Virus record (IMG/VR): IMGVR_UViG_3300045988_168372
Coordinates: 1-37,054 of that record
Direction: 5' to 3' (one strand)
Source of the DNA: a virus
DNA: 37,054 nucleotides
Of the stretch, positions 1-5,769 are shown piece after piece. The first letter of the stretch is position 1. Each line of letters begins with the position of its first letter. The notes beneath the pieces are model-generated. The model did not search any database, had not been told where the DNA came from, and was given only the letters and a program-made list of their open reading frames with translations. A program made the position numbers and the translations under genes.

Positions 1-55
1 AATAATTTTAAAGGAGAGAGGTTAATAATGAAAAAAATAATATTAAGTGCAGACA
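1..55. repeat. Terminal overlap copy 1, identical to 37000-37054 (circular-closure signature)
   Basis: Direct read: both ends read aataattttaaaggagagaggttaataatgaaaaaaataatattaagtgcagaca. Confidence 0.9.
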
Positions 56-1011
56 TAGGGAAATATGAAACGGAGCTTACAGGAAGAGATATAGATTTAA
101 CTTCAGATGATAGAAAGGTAGTTAGATTTAGAACTAAGATGTATGATCTTGCAGATGGAGATATAGATGTTGAAGGTAATAGTCATTTAGTTGAGTTTAA
201 TAAGAAAAAATATATAGTTGGAGAGCAAGGTCAAGAAAAAAGTGAAGATACTTCAAAAACAGAATTCTTACACCAATTAGCATGTTATACTGCTATAACA
301 CAATTTTTAGAACCAGGAACTAAAGACAATGAAATATATATGGTATTAGCATGTCCTATGAGTGTTTTACTTATTAAAGAAGCTAAAGAAGAATATAAGA
401 ATTTCATAAAAGGTGACGGAGTTATAAAAATAACTGTAGATGGTAATAATTATGAGTTTGAAATAAAAGATATAACTATAAAGGCAGAAGGTAGTGGAAT
501 ATTATATTTAGAACCTAATTTATTTAAGGATCAAACTGTAGCCATAGTAGATTTAGGTGGATTAAATATGGGAATGAGTCTATATGTTAATATGGTTTGT
601 AAAAAGGATGATAGATTCATAGAAGAATGTGGAACAGATAGATTAATAGAAATAACAAGAGAGCAGCTTTCAGTATATAAAAATGGTAATTTAGTTAAGA
701 GAGATATAGCTGAAAAAGCATTAAAAGAAGGTGGACTTAAGAAAGCAGGTAAATTAGATACTGAGAGTGTAGAGTATATTAAAAAGACAAAGGAAGAATA
801 TTACAAAGAAGTAATGAAGATTATAAAAGAGCATAAGGTGGATGTAGACCAACTAGATAGAGTTATATTTGTTGGAGGAACGACAGAACATATAAAAGAA
901 AATATAAGTAAGAATTTAGAACATGCTTATATTCCTTCAAATCCTCAATTAAGTACAGTAGAAGGATTATATAAAGTAGCATTTAAGAAATATGGTAAGG
1001 AGAGTAAATAA
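28..1011 (+). CDS. parM: ParM/Alp-family actin-like plasmid segregation ATPase
   Basis: Actin-fold ATPase motifs in order: SADIGKYETE (phosphate 1), IVDLGGLNMG (phosphate 2), VIFVGGTTEHI (adenosine). RBS aaaggagagagg sits 8 nt upstream. Followed by an RHH gene and preceded by 11-bp iterons. Confidence 0.8.
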   Translation: MKKIILSADIGKYETELTGRDIDLTSDDRKVVRFRTKMYDLADGDIDVEGNSHLVEFNKKKYIVGEQGQEKSEDTSKTEFLHQLACYTAITQFLEPGTKDNEIYMVLACPMSVLLIKEAKEEYKNFIKGDGVIKITVDGNNYEFEIKDITIKAEGSGILYLEPNLFKDQTVAIVDLGGLNMGMSLYVNMVCKKDDRFIEECGTDRLIEITREQLSVYKNGNLVKRDIAEKALKEGGLKKAGKLDTESVEYIKKTKEEYYKEVMKIIKEHKVDVDQLDRVIFVGGTTEHIKENISKNLEHAYIPSNPQLSTVEGLYKVAFKKYGKESK

Positions 1012-1196
1012 TGAATTTAAATATAGAAGAGTTAAAAATTTGTAGGATAGCACTTCAAGAGTATAATAATAGGATTAGAAAAACAAGAGACGCTTTAACT
1101 GATGATATGCCAGAAATAAAAAAAGAGTTGGGAAATTTAATTAGTCTAGCTGAAAGTTCATTAAAAGAGGTAGATAGGGAGCTTTTTGGAAGATAA
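1011..1196 (+). CDS. Small all-helical hypothetical protein inside the par operon
   Basis: 61-aa ORF. Its ATG overlaps the parM stop (taATGa) and its end overlaps the next ORF. No recognisable motif. Confidence 0.45.
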   Translation: MNLNIEELKICRIALQEYNNRIRKTRDALTDDMPEIKKELGNLISLAESSLKEVDRELFGR

Positions 1197-1215
1197 AAGA
1201 CTAGGAGGTAATACA

Positions 1216-1524
1216 ATGCCGAGTGTAAGACAAGGTGGAGGATATACTTTAACTTTCTCCAGAAAGAATGAAGATGTTAAAGATATATTAGATAAAAAGA
1301 AAAATAAAGGCATTATAATAACAGATTATTTATGCCAGGCAGTTAGATTCTATGAGGAAAATAAAGAAAAGAATTTAAATAATAGTAGTAATATAGATAT
1401 AACTGATTTAGTAAGAAAAGAGATGGAAAAAATATTAAATGCAAAAGAAGTTTCAGAATCCGTAGAAAAAAATATGGATCTTGAGGAAAATTTAGATTTT
1501 ATAGAAGATGTAGATGATGATTAA
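1216..1524 (+). CDS. parR: Ribbon-helix-helix DNA-binding protein, ParR-like centromere-binding adaptor
   Basis: I prefer the ATG at 1216 (RBS aggaggt at 1204-1210) over the track start at 1186. N-terminus reads as beta-strand YTLTFS, then helices EDVKDILDKKKN and ITDYLCQAVRFYEE. Acidic C-terminal tail LEENLDFIEDVDDD. Located downstream of parM. Confidence 0.55.
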   Translation: MPSVRQGGGYTLTFSRKNEDVKDILDKKKNKGIIITDYLCQAVRFYEENKEKNLNNSSNIDITDLVRKEMEKILNAKEVSESVEKNMDLEENLDFIEDVDDD

Positions 1525-1545
1525 TATAAGGGAGGATATAAAATA

Positions 1546-1806
1546 ATGAGCATGGGAGCTATGAGGTGCAATAGGAAAGGGTGTAATGGATTAGTTGTAT
1601 ATGAAGATGCTGATTATGATTACAGAGAGGCTGTTTTAAATGGAGATTATATTGTAGATAATGATTTAGTATGTGATACATGTGGTAGAAAGTTCAAAGC
1701 AGTTGTTACACACACATTTATTTATGATGATGAAGAGCTTGGAGAAGTTGAAGAGTTAGAACATGCTTGTATAACAGAATGGTTAAGGAAACGTAATAAA
1801 CATTAA
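1546..1806 (+). CDS. Small zinc-ribbon-like protein
   Basis: Cys pairs CNRKGC and CDTCGRKF. RBS aagggagga. Last gene of the par operon, followed by a terminator. Confidence 0.5.
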   Translation: MSMGAMRCNRKGCNGLVVYEDADYDYREAVLNGDYIVDNDLVCDTCGRKFKAVVTHTFIYDDEELGEVEELEHACITEWLRKRNKH

Positions 1807-1832
1807 AAGAGTAGGGATACTACTCTTTTTTT
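1805..1832 (+). terminator. Intrinsic terminator of the par operon
   Basis: Stem AGAGTAG (1808-1814) / CTACTCT (1820-1826), 5-nt loop, then a T-run to 1832. Confidence 0.8.
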
Positions 1833-1845
1833 AATTTGAGAAAAT

Positions 1846-1879
1846 TTATCCACAGAAAATTGTTGTTATATGTGGATAA
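1846..1879. promoter_or_regulatory. Two perfect DnaA boxes in inverted orientation
   Basis: TTATCCACA at 1846-1854 and TGTGGATAA at 1871-1879. Both match the 9-mer consensus TTATCCACA exactly. They are 16 bp apart. Confidence 0.65.
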
Positions 1880-1886
1880 TTGATGT

Positions 1887-1919
1887 AAAATATTATTAAA
1901 ATATTATTCAAATATTTTT
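1887..1919. repeat. Three tandem AT-rich 11-mers (possible DNA-unwinding element)
   Basis: aaaatattatt (1887-1897), aaaatattatt (1898-1908), caaatattttt (1909-1919, 9/11 match), immediately after the DnaA-box pair. Confidence 0.5.
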
Positions 1920-1931
1920 AAGAAAAAATAC

Positions 1932-1961
1932 TTTACACTAATTGGTGACATGGTGTATAAT
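1932..1961 (+). promoter_or_regulatory. Sigma-A-type promoter facing the ORF-free region
   Basis: TTTACA (1932-1937), 18-nt spacer, TATAAT (1956-1961). No ORF of 60 aa or more lies downstream for ~800 nt. Confidence 0.6.
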
Positions 1962-1967
1962 AAGTAC

Positions 1968-2172
1968 ATAAATTAAATAAAAAAAAGTCCTCAACTCTTA
2001 TCTGACCGTTTGGCGACAGTTAGATAAGCCGAAACTTAATGGTACCGAAACTACCAAAAAGCTTGTTAGAGAACTCTTTAATATAATTCAAAATATAATA
2101 GAATTATATCAAAGTGTTATAGAATTTTCAAGTCATTTTTGCGTGGAATACCATGTGAAAATGACTTTTTTT
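1968..2172 (+). ncRNA. Candidate ~200-nt structured leader or small RNA ending at an intrinsic terminator
   Basis: Outer helix CTCAAC (1990-1995) / GTT(A)GAG (2065-2071). It encloses a 10-bp hairpin CTTATCTGAC (1997-2006) / GTTAGATAAG (2019-2028, one G-U pair) and hairpin GGTA/TACC (2041-2055). CCGAAAC occurs twice (2029, 2045). The 5' end is inferred from the promoter only. Confidence 0.45.
2130..2172 (+). terminator. Intrinsic terminator or attenuator inside the ORF-free region
   Basis: Stem AGTCATTTT (2131-2139) / AAAATGACT (2158-2166), inner GTGG/CCAT pairing, then a T-run 2167-2172. Confidence 0.65.
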
Positions 2173-2780
2173 ATTTAGTTTTTGAAAACTTAATATAGAA
2201 GCAACTGGAAATACAGAAAAACAGGATAAATAATCTGTGGATTAGTGACCGATATAAAAATCACTCGGCGTAGGATCATTACTCTCCATATGGTGCTATG
2301 TCGTCAGTTGAGTTTTCTTTATTCTCAACACCTACAGGATAGGTAAACAAAAATAAAGGGGTGGAACGCTAGGTACGGAAGTACGGAACTAAGACAAGCC
2401 TTTAGGTGCAGGTTGTGGGCTAGATGCAACTTGTTAAAGTCTTTTTTATTACAAGGAGAGTGCTAACCGAGGGAAACAATTCAGTAAACCCAACGTAAGT
2501 TTGTAACCCGTTTTTTTAGGGTTACTGCGTCCTCGGAAGTGTCCACAGTTCCCCAACGATAAGCCTTCGGCACTTAAATAGCAAGTGTTTACTTAAAGTT
2601 TTTTCTTAGGAACGCAGTTTAAAACTATTAGTTTTAGATTTATATAGGATATAAATTAGAAAGTATAGATTTTATAGAGATTAGTGTAAAGAGAATAAGA
2701 ATGGTGGTGATTATGAATAGGATAAGATACCAGGAATGAAAGTGTAGAAGGAGAGTGAAGGTGCCACTCTTCTTTTTTTT
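2173..2780 (+). ncRNA. Candidate large (~600 nt, or ~810 nt with leader) structured non-coding RNA of unknown class
   Basis: No ORF in either strand. Hand-counted G+C is 27/60 (2341-2400), 24/60 (2461-2520) and 30/60 (2521-2580), against 14/60 in coding line 4441-4500. Many helices are listed in the findings. G-U pairs only work on the plus strand. It ends at a plus-strand terminator at 2747-2780. Boundaries are approximate. Confidence 0.45.
2747..2780 (+). terminator. Intrinsic terminator closing the ORF-free region
   Basis: Stem GAAGGAGAGTG (2747-2757) / CACTCTTCTTT (2765-2775) with two G-U pairs, loop aaggtgc, T-run 2773-2780. No matching U-tract on the minus strand. Confidence 0.7.
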
Positions 2781-2781
2781 G

Positions 2782-3060
2782 TTACTCTAGTGCCTTATAT
2801 GTGGGAGCTTTAAAGCAATCATGCTTACAAAACTTACTATAAGGACAATTAGGACATAAAAAATGTACAAGTATTTCATCTGGGCAAACCTTTAACCATT
2901 TAGATAGTTCAAGGATCATTGGAACAGATGGAATAACCTCATAATGTTCTAACTGAGATATATAGGCTTGAGATACATTGCATCTTATGGCCAGCTCAGA
3001 TTGAGTAAGCTTTCTTTTTTTTCTTAGTTTTCTTATTACATTATTCAAAATAATCACCAC
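2782..3060 (-). CDS. XRE-family HTH regulator with Cys/His-rich C-terminal tail
   Basis: HTH KLTQSELAIRCNVSQAYISQLE, then CPDEILVHFLCPNCPYSKFCKHDC. Confidence 0.7.
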   Translation of the reverse strand: MVIILNNVIRKLRKKRKLTQSELAIRCNVSQAYISQLEHYEVIPSVPMILELSKWLKVCPDEILVHFLCPNCPYSKFCKHDCFKAPTYKALE

Positions 3061-3210
3061 GTCTAAATTTACTATATATAGTATCAGGTTATAAATAGTG
3101 AGTTAGTGGTAATTTTGTAGGAATATGTCGAGCGATATAAGTACCAGTTATATTTAGTCATGTTAAAATATTTTTGAAGTTAAAAAATATTTAGAGGTGG
3201 TAATATATAC

Positions 3211-3300
3211 ATGAAATTTAGGGAAATAATAATAGAACAAGAATTATTGTATGTAAAAATCATTAAGGAAATATTAAAAAATAAGAAGAGTAAAAATTAA
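3211..3300 (+). CDS. Possible 29-aa micro-ORF between the two repressor-like genes
   Basis: ATG at 3211 with RBS agaggtgg about 9 nt upstream. Peptide MKFREIIIEQELLYVKIIKEILKNKKSKN. Followed by hairpin 3324-3359. Below the ORF-track cutoff and speculative. Confidence 0.25.
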   Translation: MKFREIIIEQELLYVKIIKEILKNKKSKN

Positions 3301-3323
3301 GTTATTAAAGTATTAGGGAAATG

Positions 3324-3359
3324 AAAAAGACAAGGTATTAATTACCTTGTCTTTTTTTT
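3324..3359. terminator. Bidirectional intrinsic terminator
   Basis: Stem AGACAAGGTA (3328-3337) / TACCTTGTCT (3343-3352), flanked by an A-run and a T-run. It overlaps the last codons of the minus-strand repressor gene. Confidence 0.65.
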
Positions 3360-3772
3360 AATAGAATGTGATAAATATCAGCATTCAGAGCAGTATTAAT
3401 TAATTTCTTTGCTATTGTTTCGTTTTGAGCTGATGTGTAATTACCATCTAAATCTAATAGCCCAAGATCTACTACATCATCAATTGCTTTTTTTAGCATT
3501 TTAAAATCTTCTCTTGCCTTAGCATATTGATTATCATCTTCCACACCATAAACCCAAAACTCTTCAGGTTTACCAGTTTTTAAAAGTAATTGATCAAAAA
3601 ACTTTTGATTTGGTGGACGATATCCAGTTTCAATCATACTGTAAGAATTTCTAGGAACTCCTAACCAGTTAGCAAATTCAGTTTTAGTTTTAAAGTCTGT
3701 AGACTCTCTAAACTTTATTAATCTGTCTCTAAAATCTTTATATTTATCACAAATTTGAGAAGTACTAGTCAT
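3338..3772 (-). CDS. CI-like prophage repressor (XRE HTH plus C-terminal domain)
   Basis: HTH KTEFANWLGVPRNSYSMIETG. Divergent from the cro-like gene. RBS aaaggagtg. Consensus promoter upstream. Confidence 0.75.
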   Translation of the reverse strand: MTSTSQICDKYKDFRDRLIKFRESTDFKTKTEFANWLGVPRNSYSMIETGYRPPNQKFFDQLLLKTGKPEEFWVYGVEDDNQYAKAREDFKMLKKAIDDVVDLGLLDLDGNYTSAQNETIAKKLINTALNADIYHILLKKRQGN

Positions 3773-3804
3773 GATAACACTCCTTTAATTTGTACCTTAA
3801 GTAT

Positions 3805-3833
3805 ATTATAGTCATTTTTTAGTGACAAATCAA
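3805..3833 (-). promoter_or_regulatory. Promoter of the CI-like gene
   Basis: The minus strand reads TTGATT, 17 nt, TATAAT. The spacer contains operator-like GTCACTAAAAAATGAC. Confidence 0.65.
3811..3826. promoter_or_regulatory. Operator-like site O3 (GTCA-N8-TGAC)
   Basis: gtcattttttagtgac shares the (A/T)GTGAC half-site with the two 16-bp repeats downstream. Confidence 0.45.
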
Positions 3834-3882
3834 TAGGTTTTGTTATTAAAGTGTGAAAAAACATGGAAAAAATTTATAAAAA

Positions 3883-3898
3883 TACACCAAAATGTGAC
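3883..3898. promoter_or_regulatory. Operator repeat O2
   Basis: tacaccaaaatgtgac, an exact 16-bp copy of 3975-3990. Confidence 0.6.
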
Positions 3899-3972
3899 TA
3901 GTAGAGAAAAAGGAAGCAAATAAGAGTAATAAAGAGATAATTTAGATAAATAAGGAAATATTAGATTGTTAT

Positions 3973-4001
3973 TTTACACCAAAATGTGACATAATTAATA
4001 T
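3973..4001 (+). promoter_or_regulatory. Promoter of the cro-like or early operon
   Basis: TTTACA (3973-3978), 17 nt, TAATAT (3996-4001). Confidence 0.55.
3975..3990. promoter_or_regulatory. Operator repeat O1, overlapping the cro-like promoter
   Basis: tacaccaaaatgtgac, an exact 16-bp copy of 3883-3898. It lies across the -35 element and spacer of the promoter at 3973-4001. Confidence 0.6.
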
Positions 4002-4006
4002 AGGGG

Positions 4007-4234
4007 GTGAGAACAATTTCATTAAGAAAATTAAGAGAAGATATAGGATTAAAAGCTTATAAAGTAGCAGAAAAACTAGGGATATCTAAAAGACAACTAA
4101 TTAGAATAGAAAACGGACAAGTTAAAACTGTTGATAATCTTAAAGATAAGTTTGCAGATATATATGGGGTATCTGTAGATGTTATAGAAAAAGCATGGGA
4201 GGGTTCTAGAAGTGGACAAGGTTATAAACTGTGA
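4007..4234 (+). CDS. Cro-like XRE HTH regulator
   Basis: HTH LKAYKVAEKLGISKRQLIRIENGQ. 75 aa. Divergent from the CI-like gene. The track start is a GTG with no room for an RBS (see findings). Confidence 0.7.
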   Translation: MRTISLRKLREDIGLKAYKVAEKLGISKRQLIRIENGQVKTVDNLKDKFADIYGVSVDVIEKAWEGSRSGQGYKL

Positions 4235-4278
4235 GAAAGAATATTTGAAGTATTTAGAGGAAATAAGGAAGCAAATAA

Positions 4279-4440
4279 ATGCAGCATCTAAATAAAGAAG
4301 ATAAGGATTATCTAAAGAAAGTTGAAAATGAATACTTTAATGGGAAGAGTTTAAAGGAATCAATTATTATTGCAAGCAGATCTTTTGGCTCCAGGAAAGA
4401 AAGGGAAGTTTCAAAATGGATTCTAGTAAATTTATCGTAG
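4279..4440 (+). CDS. Possible 53-aa hypothetical protein
   Basis: ATG at 4279 with RBS aggaag 7 nt upstream. Overlaps the start of 4416..4625. Below the track cutoff. Confidence 0.3.
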   Translation: MQHLNKEDKDYLKKVENEYFNGKSLKESIIIASRSFGSRKEREVSKWILVNLS

Positions 4441-4625
4441 GAGATACAGTAAAGCTAAACAAAAAATACTCAAGAAAAAGATATATAGTATTTTCAATAG
4501 CTGATGATAGCAATTATATTTGGATAACTACTGAGAAGGAATATAAACACAAGCGAGAAATTTTGAAAGTTAAGAGAAAAGAGTTAGTTCTTATTTCGAG
4601 AAATCAAATATTTTTAGGGGTGTAG
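4416..4625 (+). CDS. Hypothetical protein
   Basis: 69-aa ORF in the early operon. No motif recognised. Confidence 0.4.
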   Translation: MDSSKFIVGDTVKLNKKYSRKRYIVFSIADDSNYIWITTEKEYKHKREILKVKRKELVLISRNQIFLGV

Positions 4626-4628
4626 TAT

Positions 4629-4772
4629 ATGGAAAAATTAAGAGATAAGTTACATGAAGCTATAGATAAATATGGGTTAGATTACGATAAGGTTATAGAA
4701 GTTGATAAAAGACTTCATGAGGATATCATTAAGAAACAAAGATGTATATTAGGAGGGAAAGAAAATGCTTAA
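4629..4772 (+). CDS. Spo0E-like small helical protein (unlisted micro-ORF)
   Basis: 47 aa: MEKLRDKLHEAIDKYGLDYDKVIEVDKRLHEDIIKKQRCILGGKENA. Length and spacing match the Spo0E-family pattern (L-R-x-L ... G L ... V-I-E-x ... L-x-x-x-I ... Q-R). The catalytic SQELD motif position reads DKRLH. Confidence 0.45.
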   Translation: MEKLRDKLHEAIDKYGLDYDKVIEVDKRLHEDIIKKQRCILGGKENA

Positions 4773-5082
4773 AAAAATAAAAGGATTTTTAAAAAGATGC
4801 TTTTTGAAAAGTAAGCTCGGTAAAATTTATATAAGTAAGTTAGTTAAGAATGTTTATAAAGAAACAACAGAGTTACATAATGCAACTCTGTTAAGTTCAG
4901 ATATTGAAGAGAAATTAGAAGAGTTAAGCAGATATTTTGGAGAAAGGTATACTGCAGGTAAGAAGATAACTAAAGAGGAAAAATTAAAGATAAAACTAGA
5001 GCTAATAGCAAGAAGAACTAAGAGTCAGAGAATCAGAAAAAAGAATTTAAAAAGATTAGTCAATCTGTTAGGAGAGTATTAA
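4765..5082 (+). CDS. Hypothetical basic coiled-coil protein
   Basis: 105-aa ORF with RBS aggaggg upstream. Lys/Arg-rich C-terminus. Confidence 0.45.
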   Translation: MLKKIKGFLKRCFLKSKLGKIYISKLVKNVYKETTELHNATLLSSDIEEKLEELSRYFGERYTAGKKITKEEKLKIKLELIARRTKSQRIRKKNLKRLVNLLGEY

Positions 5083-5243
5083 TGAGTTGTAAAGAATGCA
5101 AAGAAAGAATAAAAGAACTTGAAAATGAAAATAGAGACTTAAAGAGTAGTTTGCTATTTACAAATGGTATCCTTAAAGAGTTTAGAAAGCGGTTAAATAA
5201 AGCTAATAAGGAGTTAAGAAAGTATGAGAAGAAACATGAGTAA
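5082..5243 (+). CDS. Possible 53-aa coiled-coil protein
   Basis: ATG overlaps the previous stop (TAATG). MSCKECKERIKELENENRDLK... Below the track cutoff. Confidence 0.35.
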   Translation: MSCKECKERIKELENENRDLKSSLLFTNGILKEFRKRLNKANKELRKYEKKHE

Positions 5244-5331
5244 AGGATGTCTATGGATATTATTGTTTTTAATATGTTTAGTATTTTGGATAAGCATTAT
5301 AACTATAGTTTGCAATTTTATTTGGATTTAG
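5224..5331 (+). CDS. Possible 35-aa hydrophobic peptide
   Basis: MRRNMSKGCLWILLFLICLVFWISIITIVCNFIWI: basic N-terminus plus one predicted TM helix. No clear RBS. Confidence 0.25.
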   Translation: MRRNMSKGCLWILLFLICLVFWISIITIVCNFIWI

Positions 5332-5344
5332 AAAGGAAAATTAT

Positions 5345-5725
5345 ATGAGTAAAACATGGAAATTAGTGAAAAAATCGGTTGAATCTGATTTATTTAACTT
5401 CCCACTTTGGCTTATTAATGCTGAACTATCAGGTTTAGGGAGTGCTACTGATTGGAATAAAGTTTATAACAAGGTGCATCATCCAAGTTCTCCAACTGAG
5501 AAAATTGTGATAGAAAATGAGGAGTATAAAGGTAAAGTAGAGAAGATATTAAATGTATTGGTAATCTTATCTGGATTACAAAAGAGCATAATAGAAGAAT
5601 GGTATTTTAAAGATATGAAATGTAGAGAGCAAATACTAGAAGAGCTAAAAATATCAGAGAGTGTTTTCTATAGAGAAAGAAATAAAGCATTAGAAAAATT
5701 TGCGGTTGCATTAGGATATAAATAA
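5345..5725 (+). CDS. ArpU/RinA-like sigma-70 region-4-type phage transcriptional regulator
   Basis: C-terminal HTH-like ISESVFYRERNKALEKFAVALGY. About 126 aa. Followed by hairpin AATAAGCAG/CTGCTTATT (5727-5760). Confidence 0.5.
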   Translation: MSKTWKLVKKSVESDLFNFPLWLINAELSGLGSATDWNKVYNKVHHPSSPTEKIVIENEEYKGKVEKILNVLVILSGLQKSIIEEWYFKDMKCREQILEELKISESVFYRERNKALEKFAVALGYK

Positions 5726-5769
5726 AATAAGCAGTTACTTAAATGTAGCTGCTTATTTTATAAAGAAAG

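Noticed and set aside
1988-2075. tRNA-like size and multi-stem fold of the leader element
   Set aside because: There is no 7-bp acceptor stem, no GTTCGAAT-type T-loop and no D-loop GG signature. The helix lengths do not fit a cloverleaf.
2236-2244. Additional DnaA-box-like 9-mers: TGTGGATTA at 2236-2244 and GTGTCCACA at 2539-2547
   Set aside because: Both are imperfect, with one and two mismatches to the consensus. They are mutually complementary (CTGTGGA/TCCACAG), so I read them as a long-range RNA helix rather than protein-binding boxes. I cannot exclude a dual role.
2366-2392. GTACGGAAGTACGGAAC, which resembles the 3' strand of a group II intron domain V. Also AAAGTCC at 1984-1990, which resembles the RNase P P4 motif.
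   Set aside because: There is no complementary 5' strand and no GNRA-capped D5 hairpin. There is no intron-encoded protein and there are no exon-binding contexts. The AAAGTCC match is too short and lacks the rest of the RNase P core.
2701-2739. 12-codon ORF atggtggtgattatgaataggataagataccaggaatga near the 3' end of the ORF-free region
   Set aside because: It has no RBS, is very short and sits in the AU-rich tail before the terminator. There is no reason to prefer coding over RNA.
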